Origin: Candidatus Omnitrophota bacterium
GTDB taxonomy: Bacteria > Ratteibacteria > UBA8468 > MWAK01
Reading direction: 5' to 3'
Assembly (NCBI GenBank): GCA_043797665.1
Contig: JAZDPL010000079.1
Coordinates: 1-49,534, forward strand
DNA length: 49,534 nucleotides
Made by a program: the position numbers and the translations under genes. The notes below the pieces were generated by a model. That model did no database searches, was not told the origin of the DNA, and was given only the letters and a program-made list of their open reading frames with translations. Positions 26,836 to 35,060 of this stretch are shown piece after piece (position 1 is the first letter of the stretch; the number at the start of each line of letters is the position of its first letter).

Positions 26836-27906
26836 ATGACGCAGAAAGAGATTTCTAAAATATTAGATATTTCGGTCTCAACCGTTTCGTCGGCACTCAG
26901 AAATTCTCCCCTGGTAAAGAAAGAGACCAGAGAACGAGTAATCAGACTGGCTCAAATTGTCAAGTATAAACCCAACATGAACGCACGGAGTCTGGTAACC
27001 GGAAAGACTTATTCTGTGGGAATTATTTCTCGCGCACTTTCTGAACCATTTTATGCGGAACTTTTCGAAGAAATTCATCATTGTCTTGACAGAAGTGAAT
27101 ATGTAGGTCTTTTTTCCCCTGCCGAAGATGCAACGGGATACCGTAATGCAATTGAGATACTTGGGGCAAGAGGAGTTGATGGGATTATTTCCGGAGAGGT
27201 AAACGCGGAAGAACTCCTGATGCTTGAAGAAACCGATGTTCCGGTGGTCGTTTACGGGAACAGGGACATTTCAATGGATTGCGTGTTTGTAGATACTTAT
27301 AAAAGTGGATATTTAGCTACCCATCACTTGATAAGGTTAGGACATAAAAAAATAGGTTATATTGGTTGGCTAAGCGATTACGAACCAAGATTTATTGGAT
27401 ACCGGGACGCTTTGTACCAGAACAACTTACTTGTTAAGAGAGAATGGGTCATCCCTGGAAAGGGGGTAGATAAAAAAAGTGGTTACCAGAGTATGAAACA
27501 GATGCTTTCTTTGTCAGAGATACCTACGGCAATATTTACTCACAACGATATGGTGGCAATCGGAGCGATGCGGGCTCTTTCTGAAGCCAGGATGAATGTT
27601 CCGGAAGGTATGGCGGTTGTCGGATGTGATAATGTGAAAGAGTGTGAATATCTGAGTGTTACCCTGACCACCGTTGAGCAATCCCGGCGGGAAATTGCCC
27701 GAAACCTCGTTTCGACTCTCCTGGCAAGAATAGACAGTAAAGCAGGAGAACAACCTCAAAAAATAGTTATTGAACCCAGGCTTATCATAAGGGAATCCTG
27801 CGGTTTTTATTTAAAAAAGAGCCCGGTGCCGGAACCTTCGGTATCAGAAACCGGGCTAAGGTATGACGAATCGAGTAAATTATTGGAGGCAAAAGATGAC
27901 GCTTAA
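26836..27906 (+). CDS. LacI family transcriptional regulator
   Basis: MTQKEISKILDISVSTVSSAL...YKPNMNARSL, ATHHLIRLGH and NDMVAIG. Confidence 0.93.
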   Translation: MTQKEISKILDISVSTVSSALRNSPLVKKETRERVIRLAQIVKYKPNMNARSLVTGKTYSVGIISRALSEPFYAELFEEIHHCLDRSEYVGLFSPAEDATGYRNAIEILGARGVDGIISGEVNAEELLMLEETDVPVVVYGNRDISMDCVFVDTYKSGYLATHHLIRLGHKKIGYIGWLSDYEPRFIGYRDALYQNNLLVKREWVIPGKGVDKKSGYQSMKQMLSLSEIPTAIFTHNDMVAIGAMRALSEARMNVPEGMAVVGCDNVKECEYLSVTLTTVEQSRREIARNLVSTLLARIDSKAGEQPQKIVIEPRLIIRESCGFYLKKSPVPEPSVSETGLRYDESSKLLEAKDDA

Positions 27907-28833
27907 AAGGAAAACAATTGCCGTTCCCTCTCTGGGCCAGTTAGCCTGGCAGGACATGGAAATGGGGATGTTTATCCATTTTGCACCAAACACCTATCAG
28001 AACGAACAATTGGATAATCTTTCTACACCGTTGTCAGAAATAAACCCAGAAGGACTGGATGTTAAGCAATGGAAGTTTGGTTTGATGGTAGTGCCGATGG
28101 GAAATTGGTCGCTCCGATTATCAGGAAATACCAACCCGGGGCAATGGTATTTCAGAGCAGTGCTGCTACAATTCGCTGGGTTGGGAACGAAGACGGGGTA
28201 GCGCCATATCCGACCTGGAATACGGTGCGAGAAAAAAACTATGAATGGTCGCCGGAACTTGATACTTCCGTCAGCGGTCCGGTGCTTGACTCAGGGAAAG
28301 GCACTATCTGGTTGCCGGCGGAATGCGATGTTCCGATTCGCCGCGACTGGTTCTGGACCCCAGATAACGAACACACGCTGAAAAATCTTAATAATTTGAT
28401 GGACATATACTACCGGTCGGTTGGCCATGGTTGCAACCTTTTACTCAACCATACTCCGGATACCAGCGGGCTGATTCCGGAAGCAGATGTTAAACGCGCA
28501 GCCGAGTTTGGTGCTGAAATACGGCGCCGGTTCACAACTCCGATTGCCAGCACTGCCGGCAGAAGAGACGTACTTACGCTTACCTTTGATAAACCGATAC
28601 TTATAGACCATATCATTACTATGGAAGAGATTAAAGAGGGGGAAAGGGTTTTAAAATATCAGATTGAAATTCTGACAGGCGAAAATTGGGACCCTGTGAT
28701 AAAAGGAACCGCTGTTGGGCATAAAAAGATTGACCGGATTAAACCTGTTGCAATCAGCGGCGCTCGGTTTCGTTGTTTGCAATCCGTGAGCAAACCGAAT
28801 ATACGCAGTTTTGCTGTGTATTGTGTAACATAA
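27896..28833 (+). pseudogene. GH29 alpha-L-fucosidase with an internal deletion/frameshift
   Basis: QLAWQDMEMGMFIHFAPNTY...LDVKQW joins out of frame at ~28072 to EVWFDG...IRWVGNEDG...SVGHGCNLLLN. The KHHDGF-containing middle is absent. Confidence 0.85.
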
Positions 28834-28846
28834 AAGGAGGTGCCAA

Positions 28847-29530
28847 ATGTTAAAGAAGAATATAGGGGTTCGATTTAAACGGGCCTTCACACTTATTGAG
28901 CTTTTAGTCGTTATTGCCATCATCGCCATCCTGGCCGCGATGCTGCTGCCGGCACTCAACAGGGCCAGGGAGAAAGCACGGTCAGTTTCTTGTATAAATA
29001 ATCTGAAACAGATCGGATTGGCTCTTTCTATGTACCTTCAGGACAATGACGACTATTTCCCTCCGGTCCAATTCCCATCGTCTAATTGGTGGTTTCAAAA
29101 ATCTCCTTTTTCTTGTTATCTTTATACTTGGGAAAACGCACAAGGAAACTACACGAAAGGAACCGTATTTGACTGTCCCACAGGAACAGGTAATTATCAA
29201 GGTACAACTATCGACTATGCTTACAATGGGAATCTTCCGGCATACCCCGGCTACACAACATCCTTTTCCTTCATTAAGTCATCAATGGTAACGCATCCCT
29301 CCCGCACCGTGGTTTTAATTGATAACAAGCGGCCAGGTACAGACGACCCACGTTTATCTTGGGATGTCTGGGGCGGTGCACCCCAGAATTCAGTAGCTAC
29401 CGCAATTGATTGGACCTCCCATTCTGGGGGCGCAAACGTCCTTTTTGTAGATGGCCACGCAAGCTGGGTTTCTGAATCAGAAAAAACGAACCGGCAGGTG
29501 ATAGTAGATAGAAAGGACCAAGAAGAATAA
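28847..29530 (+). CDS. prepilin-type N-terminal cleavage/methylation protein with H-X9-DG domain
   Basis: [34 protein letters not shown] and [15 protein letters not shown]; strong AAGGAGGT SD. Confidence 0.9.
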   Translation: MLKKNIGVRFKRAFTLIELLVVIAIIAILAAMLLPALNRAREKARSVSCINNLKQIGLALSMYLQDNDDYFPPVQFPSSNWWFQKSPFSCYLYTWENAQGNYTKGTVFDCPTGTGNYQGTTIDYAYNGNLPAYPGYTTSFSFIKSSMVTHPSRTVVLIDNKRPGTDDPRLSWDVWGGAPQNSVATAIDWTSHSGGANVLFVDGHASWVSESEKTNRQVIVDRKDQEE

Positions 29531-29629
29531 AATTTACCTATGTATAACTTACGCGAGACCAATTACTTATATATGATTTTAAACGAGAAGTTAACAAAAT
29601 GTTACGATTAGATTAAAAAGGAGGGATTT

Positions 29630-31048
29630 ATGAGAGTCAAAACAATAATATTTTATTTTGTTTGTGTTTTATTGCTGGGTTATTGGAGCAGTTTGCTGGC
29701 TGGTGAACAAATTCCCAAATCGCTTATCATTGGCAAGGTTGTTTACTACCCTGATGAGGCTCTATATTATAAAGAGAGCAAGAAAACAGCTTTTGTTACG
29801 AAGTTTGAGACTCCTCCAGTAATTGATGGAAAGATAGATGATAGTTGCTGGACACAGGCAAAAGAGTATGGAGACTTTGTGCTCGTTACATCTGAAGGAT
29901 TGAATCAACCAGCGAAGAAAAAGACTTTTTTCAGGGCTGGCTATGATGAGGATAATTTGTACTTAGGGATTATTCTTGAGGAACCTGATATGTCATCACT
30001 GAAGGTTTCTCCAAAACCAGAACTTGACAAGAGAGATTCTGCCATTGAAGACCAGGATGTTGTAAATATTATGTTATCAGCACCAACAGCGCGGCAGCTT
30101 TACTTTAACATATGTGTCAATGCTGCCGGCGAGATAGCAGACACCGGGATGAAATGGAAAAGTGGAGAGGTATCGTGGTACTATCGTGGATATGATATTG
30201 CGAATCTTGTGGTAAAGACTAGTAGGCAGGAGTCCAGATGGACTGTGGAGATGGTTGTTCCATACGCTGGTGTGATGATGTGGGCAAGTGAAAACTCAGC
30301 CCCCTGGGCATTTCAAATCGTCCGACAAGAACGCACCCAAAACGAATTTTCTTCCTGGAACCGCTGCAACAATTTCCCTGAAGGCCCCTGGAGTTTTGGT
30401 ATTCTCTGGGTAAAGGAGAATGAGGAGCCATTAATTCTTGAACGAGCAGATGTTATAAAAGTAGGTTCCGGGGAATATATCTTGAAATGTATAATCCGTA
30501 AACTGGCGAAACAACCGGTTTCGGCTGAAATTTTAGCGAGCGTGGGTGGGGAAGGTAAAATTAAAGCGGTATTTAAACAGGAAATTACTACTATATTTTT
30601 TCCATACAAAATTGACGAATCAAAATTGAATTTTTCCCCAGGGTGCAACGAGTCAGACGGTATACGGGGGATATTATTTGCCCAGATAGAAGGAAAGGAA
30701 ATGATAAATCTTGGTACCTATGGGGTGCAAATACCCAAAATAGATACGCCCGGAAAAGGATGGTTTTCTCTCCAAAAAGGGTCTATTTTACAAGGGGAGA
30801 AAGCGTTAAAAATAAAGTTTAGCCTGCCGGTAGGCGATGATTTAATTTCTAACCTAGAAATGAAAGTGAACATTAAAAATACTGCGGCTGAAGAAAAGGT
30901 TGAATTAAAAGGAAGGGAGGGAGAATTTGCCCTGGCAACTGATTTTCTCCCATGCGGGGAACATACGATTGTGATTGAAGTCAGTCGGGATGACATCTGT
31001 CTCTTTTCACGTTCTTTCAAATTAACAGTCTTGGAAGGCTTACTATAA
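29630..31048 (+). CDS. secreted CBM9/DOMON-like sugar-binding domain protein
   Basis: Signal peptide; PPVIDGKIDDSCW, GYDEDNLYLG and WTVEMVVPY. Confidence 0.7.
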   Translation: MRVKTIIFYFVCVLLLGYWSSLLAGEQIPKSLIIGKVVYYPDEALYYKESKKTAFVTKFETPPVIDGKIDDSCWTQAKEYGDFVLVTSEGLNQPAKKKTFFRAGYDEDNLYLGIILEEPDMSSLKVSPKPELDKRDSAIEDQDVVNIMLSAPTARQLYFNICVNAAGEIADTGMKWKSGEVSWYYRGYDIANLVVKTSRQESRWTVEMVVPYAGVMMWASENSAPWAFQIVRQERTQNEFSSWNRCNNFPEGPWSFGILWVKENEEPLILERADVIKVGSGEYILKCIIRKLAKQPVSAEILASVGGEGKIKAVFKQEITTIFFPYKIDESKLNFSPGCNESDGIRGILFAQIEGKEMINLGTYGVQIPKIDTPGKGWFSLQKGSILQGEKALKIKFSLPVGDDLISNLEMKVNIKNTAAEEKVELKGREGEFALATDFLPCGEHTIVIEVSRDDICLFSRSFKLTVLEGLL

Positions 31049-31066
31049 CTAAGAAGGAAGGTAATA

Positions 31067-34000
31067 ATGATAAGAAAAACGGTAGTAAGTATTATTTTAG
31101 GTTTAGTTTACACGGTATCAATTTTATCTACCTCGTTGGTTTTTTCTCAAGAGAATATGCCGGCAGAAATACCAGTTCAATTTAAAGTATGGGGTACAAC
31201 GGTTCCTTCTCATACTGAAACTATTGTTATGCCTGCGGGTTACCGCGAGGTGGATCCGTCGGGGATCGACTTTGGCCCGGAGGTGGAGCCCTCGCCGGCG
31301 GATAAGCAATACGGTGTGCGGCCGTATCGCTGTCACTATCTTGACCGTATGCATCCACGTCTGCGTCCCGGTCCAGCGGCGCTGGCTGACCCAAGCATGA
31401 AGGCATTCGCCGCGCGCGGTGAATACGAGCCCATGGCGCTAGGACTGTTTGCGCGGCAACGCGTGCGCGAGGTGAGCGTGACCATTACCACCTTGAAAAA
31501 TGATCGCGGGGAGGAATTCCCGGCCGCGTGTCTGGATCTCCGCTGGGTGAAATTCATGCCCAACCCCGTTGACCGGTTCGCCTATCGGCTCGACCCGTTG
31601 ATTCTGGAAAAACGCCAATACTCGGATTTTGAAGCGGGGACGAGCGCCTTTGTCTGGCTCACGGCCTATGTGCCGGAATCGGCAGCGGCCGGGGTGTATC
31701 GCGGTGAAATTGTAATCGAGTCCACGGGCTTCGAGCCGCAGCGGGTGTCCGTGGCATTACGCGTGCTGCCTTTCCGGCTCGACGAAACCGAGAAGCTGTT
31801 TAGTATGCTCTATACTCTTAACGAGGTCCCGCAGTCATTTGTGGGTGATCCACGCAATGTGCGAAATGAAATGATCGACATGCGCGAGCACGGCATGAAC
31901 CACACGGCCTACATGAATATTCTGCCCGCGTTTAAAAAAGGGGCGGATGGAAAGTATGTTTTCGATTTCGATGCAACGCCTTCATTCAGCGAAGGGGTGC
32001 GATACAACAACAAAAGCGTGCCGCCGCCGGCCATGCTGGTAAAATGGGCCATGGAGGTGGGGCTTGACCGGGCGTATTTTGTCAATCATTGTTCACAGCC
32101 AAAGTACTATAAAGAATTCGTATGCGGATACGAGTGGAATACGCCCGAGGCAGACCAGTGGGCTCGCGAGCATTTTCTGGCATGGAAAACCGAAGCCGAA
32201 AAGCGCGGCTGGCCGCCCATTGTTCACAACATCAGCGATGAAGGCACGACCGCAGACGGTAGTCTTGCGCAGGTGGTGCATCTGGCCAAACTGGCCAAGG
32301 AAGCGTCTGCAGATATTCAAACATCGGGATTTCTGGTCGGGCATGCCACGGGCGACGATGACCTGGGCGCCTTCGGCAACGCGCTCGATTTTGCGATCGA
32401 CGCTCCGGCAAGTACCGAATACATTACGCGGGTAAACAAACTTGGGCGCAAACAACTGTTATACAATCAGGCTCCGCCCAGCGATTCACTTCAGTGCCGC
32501 TACGCCTACGGCCTGCTGATTGAAGCGACCGGCGTGCTGGGTCACCAGGAATTTGCATATCGCTACATTACCTGCAATCCCAAAAACGACCGGTTGTATT
32601 CCGCGTATCACTATTTCCCCGATGGGGGATGGGAAGGATACATCGGCCCGGGAGTATACGTCTATTCGTGGCCTTGCGAGGACGGGCTGCTGCCCAACCC
32701 CGCGTTTGAAGCGATCAGGGAGGGGGTTGATGATTCAAGATATATTGAAACGCTTCAGAAACTGATCATCCGATCTCTGAAAGAAGGGAACCCTGTTTTG
32801 AAAAGTAGGGCAAAACAATTTGAGAAAGAACTTAATGAGATGCTTGCGTCATTTTCACCTTTCAATGACAAAGGGGATAATCGAGGCACGAACTGGATAG
32901 CTGAAGCCGGAGCGAGTATGTTTGACCATGCTCGTTTCAGAATAGCTGGAATGATAACGGAACTCCGTAAAGAACTCGGTTTGGAGGAAAAGGGAAGAAA
33001 AGATATTTCTCAAAGTAAGGGTTTATCTTCCCAGGGTCGCATTGCTGGCATTTCCTACCGAAAGGAAATAACGAATAATCTCTGGCCAGTTGAGGGAAAA
33101 AAGGCATTAGCAGTAGATTTAAAGAGACCCCCGGTTATCGATGGAAAAATCAGTGGTGACCCTTCCTGGGAGAAAGTGCCTTTTGCAGGTGGAGATTTTT
33201 TTCTTCTTGGCTCGAAACTCGCCGAATCCAAGTTAGTAACCCAACATCAGACAATGTTTAAAGTGGGATTTGACCGCAAGAATATTTATCTTGGAGCTCA
33301 TATGGAGGATAACCAGGAATTGCAACCACGACCAGAAAATTACCAGGAAACCGGGAATATCTGGGGAGATAATCTGCTGGAGATTTTTCTAACACCTTCC
33401 GACCAGTGGGGAAGTTATTACCATTTTGGTATCAACTCCTGGGGAAAGGTAGTAGCCTTGTTATGTAAACGGGGGGCGGATAAAGTTTTGAACTCAGAAA
33501 CGTTATCAACCAAGGGAATAATTGCTGCCAGCAGAATAGACCGAGAAGGATGGACCCTTGAATGTGCAATTCCTTTTTCTTTCCTTGGATTAAAATCTCC
33601 CCCATCGGAAAATATATCTTGGGGATTTAATCTTGCCCGGAACCGTCCATCTTCAACGGACTGTGAGCTGAGTTCCTGGTCTAACTTGGCCACGGGTTTT
33701 AATGAACCCTGGAACTTCGGGGCGTTATTTTTAAGTAACTTTTATCCTGTTTCGATAGAATGGATAGAGATAGTTCCAATAAACTCAAAAGGAGAATTTA
33801 TCGCTCATGCTTTTTTAAGAAACTATACCAATAACCCTTTAAAGTTCTTGGGCCGGGTAAAAATAGAAACTTCGGATTTTCAGAGAAATATTTGTCTGAA
33901 TCCAGGTGTGAATGTTTGCTTTATTCCTTTTTCTTCAAAAGATTCCAGTTTTAGCGCATCGGTTCAACTTTCGAGCGATGGAACAGGGTGGCAAACGTTG

Positions 34001-34399
34001 GGCGGCCGGCAATATCGGGTTCCAAGTGAGGGGGGGGTGATAGTGCCTGGCGTCAACGACCTTAAGATCCCTCAAGACAGTAACGTTTTGACAAAAAAGA
34101 TATTAGATATACCCAATCAGATATGGCAAGGGACTAAAGTGGTGTCTCTCGATTTAGATCTTCCCATAGATAATACTACGTTACGAAAATCTCAGTTTTT
34201 TATTACCGTTACCCAGGGAAAACGAGTAGTCTTTCAATCTGGTCCATTTAATTTTGAAAAGCGCTTAGTCTCCTTAGGACTAAAAGTATCAGATTTAGCC
34301 ACAGGTGATTATTTTATCACTATAAGTAGTAGAGACGGAGGAGAAGTGTTTAGCTCTGAGGAAAAATTTACCATTATACCATCTCCTTGGCAATCTTGA
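31067..34399 (+). CDS. secreted glycoside hydrolase-like protein (GH123/DUF4091-like) fused to a CBM9-like domain
   Basis: Signal peptide; AARGEYEP, FVWLTAYVP..AAAGVYRG, SDEG and FEAIREGVDDSRYI, followed by PPVIDGK...GFDRKNIYLG...WTLECAIPF. Confidence 0.65.
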   Translation: MIRKTVVSIILGLVYTVSILSTSLVFSQENMPAEIPVQFKVWGTTVPSHTETIVMPAGYREVDPSGIDFGPEVEPSPADKQYGVRPYRCHYLDRMHPRLRPGPAALADPSMKAFAARGEYEPMALGLFARQRVREVSVTITTLKNDRGEEFPAACLDLRWVKFMPNPVDRFAYRLDPLILEKRQYSDFEAGTSAFVWLTAYVPESAAAGVYRGEIVIESTGFEPQRVSVALRVLPFRLDETEKLFSMLYTLNEVPQSFVGDPRNVRNEMIDMREHGMNHTAYMNILPAFKKGADGKYVFDFDATPSFSEGVRYNNKSVPPPAMLVKWAMEVGLDRAYFVNHCSQPKYYKEFVCGYEWNTPEADQWAREHFLAWKTEAEKRGWPPIVHNISDEGTTADGSLAQVVHLAKLAKEASADIQTSGFLVGHATGDDDLGAFGNALDFAIDAPASTEYITRVNKLGRKQLLYNQAPPSDSLQCRYAYGLLIEATGVLGHQEFAYRYITCNPKNDRLYSAYHYFPDGGWEGYIGPGVYVYSWPCEDGLLPNPAFEAIREGVDDSRYIETLQKLIIRSLKEGNPVLKSRAKQFEKELNEMLASFSPFNDKGDNRGTNWIAEAGASMFDHARFRIAGMITELRKELGLEEKGRKDISQSKGLSSQGRIAGISYRKEITNNLWPVEGKKALAVDLKRPPVIDGKISGDPSWEKVPFAGGDFFLLGSKLAESKLVTQHQTMFKVGFDRKNIYLGAHMEDNQELQPRPENYQETGNIWGDNLLEIFLTPSDQWGSYYHFGINSWGKVVALLCKRGADKVLNSETLSTKGIIAASRIDREGWTLECAIPFSFLGLKSPPSENISWGFNLARNRPSSTDCELSSWSNLATGFNEPWNFGALFLSNFYPVSIEWIEIVPINSKGEFIAHAFLRNYTNNPLKFLGRVKIETSDFQRNICLNPGVNVCFIPFSSKDSSFSASVQLSSDGTGWQTLGGRQYRVPSEGGVIVPGVNDLKIPQDSNVLTKKILDIPNQIWQGTKVVSLDLDLPIDNTTLRKSQFFITVTQGKRVVFQSGPFNFEKRLVSLGLKVSDLATGDYFITISSRDGGEVFSSEEKFTIIPSPWQS

Positions 34400-34435
34400 T
34401 GTTAAAGTAAGTTGCTACCATAAAGGAAAAATATC

Positions 34436-34585
34436 ATGGGTGAAAAAAATTATGAATTTCGCAGATATTTGGATATTGTTCATTTACCTGACCGACGTAA
34501 TTTTGATCTAAAGCCTGGAAAAGATGAACCAGACGATGAGAGGACCACAACCCAAACTGATAGAGGCAACCTCAACGCTCGGTGA
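34436..34585 (+). pseudogene. short N-terminal gene remnant (49 codons)
   Basis: SD AAGGA + ATG; MGEKNYEFRRYLDIVHLPDRRNFDLKP then degenerates; lies in a cluster of fragments. Confidence 0.35.
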
Positions 34586-34620
34586 TTAAATCCTATTATT
34601 CTGAAAGGAAATTGCGGACT

Positions 34621-34707
34621 ATGACTTGTCGGGAGAGATTAATCAGGGTTTTCCAGAAAAAGGAGGTTGACCGATTGCCCATAAAGCTGGAGAGTATTGA
34701 CCCTTAA
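34621..34707 (+). pseudogene. N-terminal remnant of a uroporphyrinogen decarboxylase/MtaA-CmuA family gene
   Basis: MTCRERLIRVFQKKEVDRLP matches the MTxRERxxxxxxxxxxDRxP family start; stops after 28 codons. Confidence 0.55.
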
Positions 34708-34748
34708 TATAGAGAGACTATTAAAGCATTATCTGGCGCATAATTTGG

Positions 34749-35048
34749 GTGATGTCTACGGCTGGTACGGTCAGGAACTCTGCATTCCACCGTTGGCGTC
34801 AGTCAAAGACTTTAAAGAGTTTGTCATGGAGTATGACCGGAGGATTACTGATTCCGGCAGACAAAATTGCCACCTTTGGATTTACCATTGACGGAAACAG
34901 AGGATCGGGTGTCCAGTTGCGTCATAACGGCTTGGCTAATATTATCTTTCTCGACGGGCATACGGAAGTCTGTAGTAAAACCAGGCGGAAAAAATTGGGG
35001 GTTGTGCAGGTTTACGAAAATGATGTGACACCGGTCTTTTTGCCATAG
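34749..35048 (+). pseudogene. C-terminal remnant of a third H-X9-DG prepilin-like gene
   Basis: RHNGLANIIFLDGHTE motif without the N-terminal FTLIELLVV segment. Confidence 0.75.
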
Positions 35049-35060
35049 ACATTCAGAATA

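Noticed and set aside
28060..28080. programmed frameshift in the fucosidase
   Set aside because: No slippery sequence, and a large conserved block is missing, so deletion explains it better.
5464..29530. diversity-generating retroelement or shufflon acting on the pilins
   Set aside because: No reverse transcriptase, template/variable repeat pair, invertase or inverted crossover sites are visible in the window.
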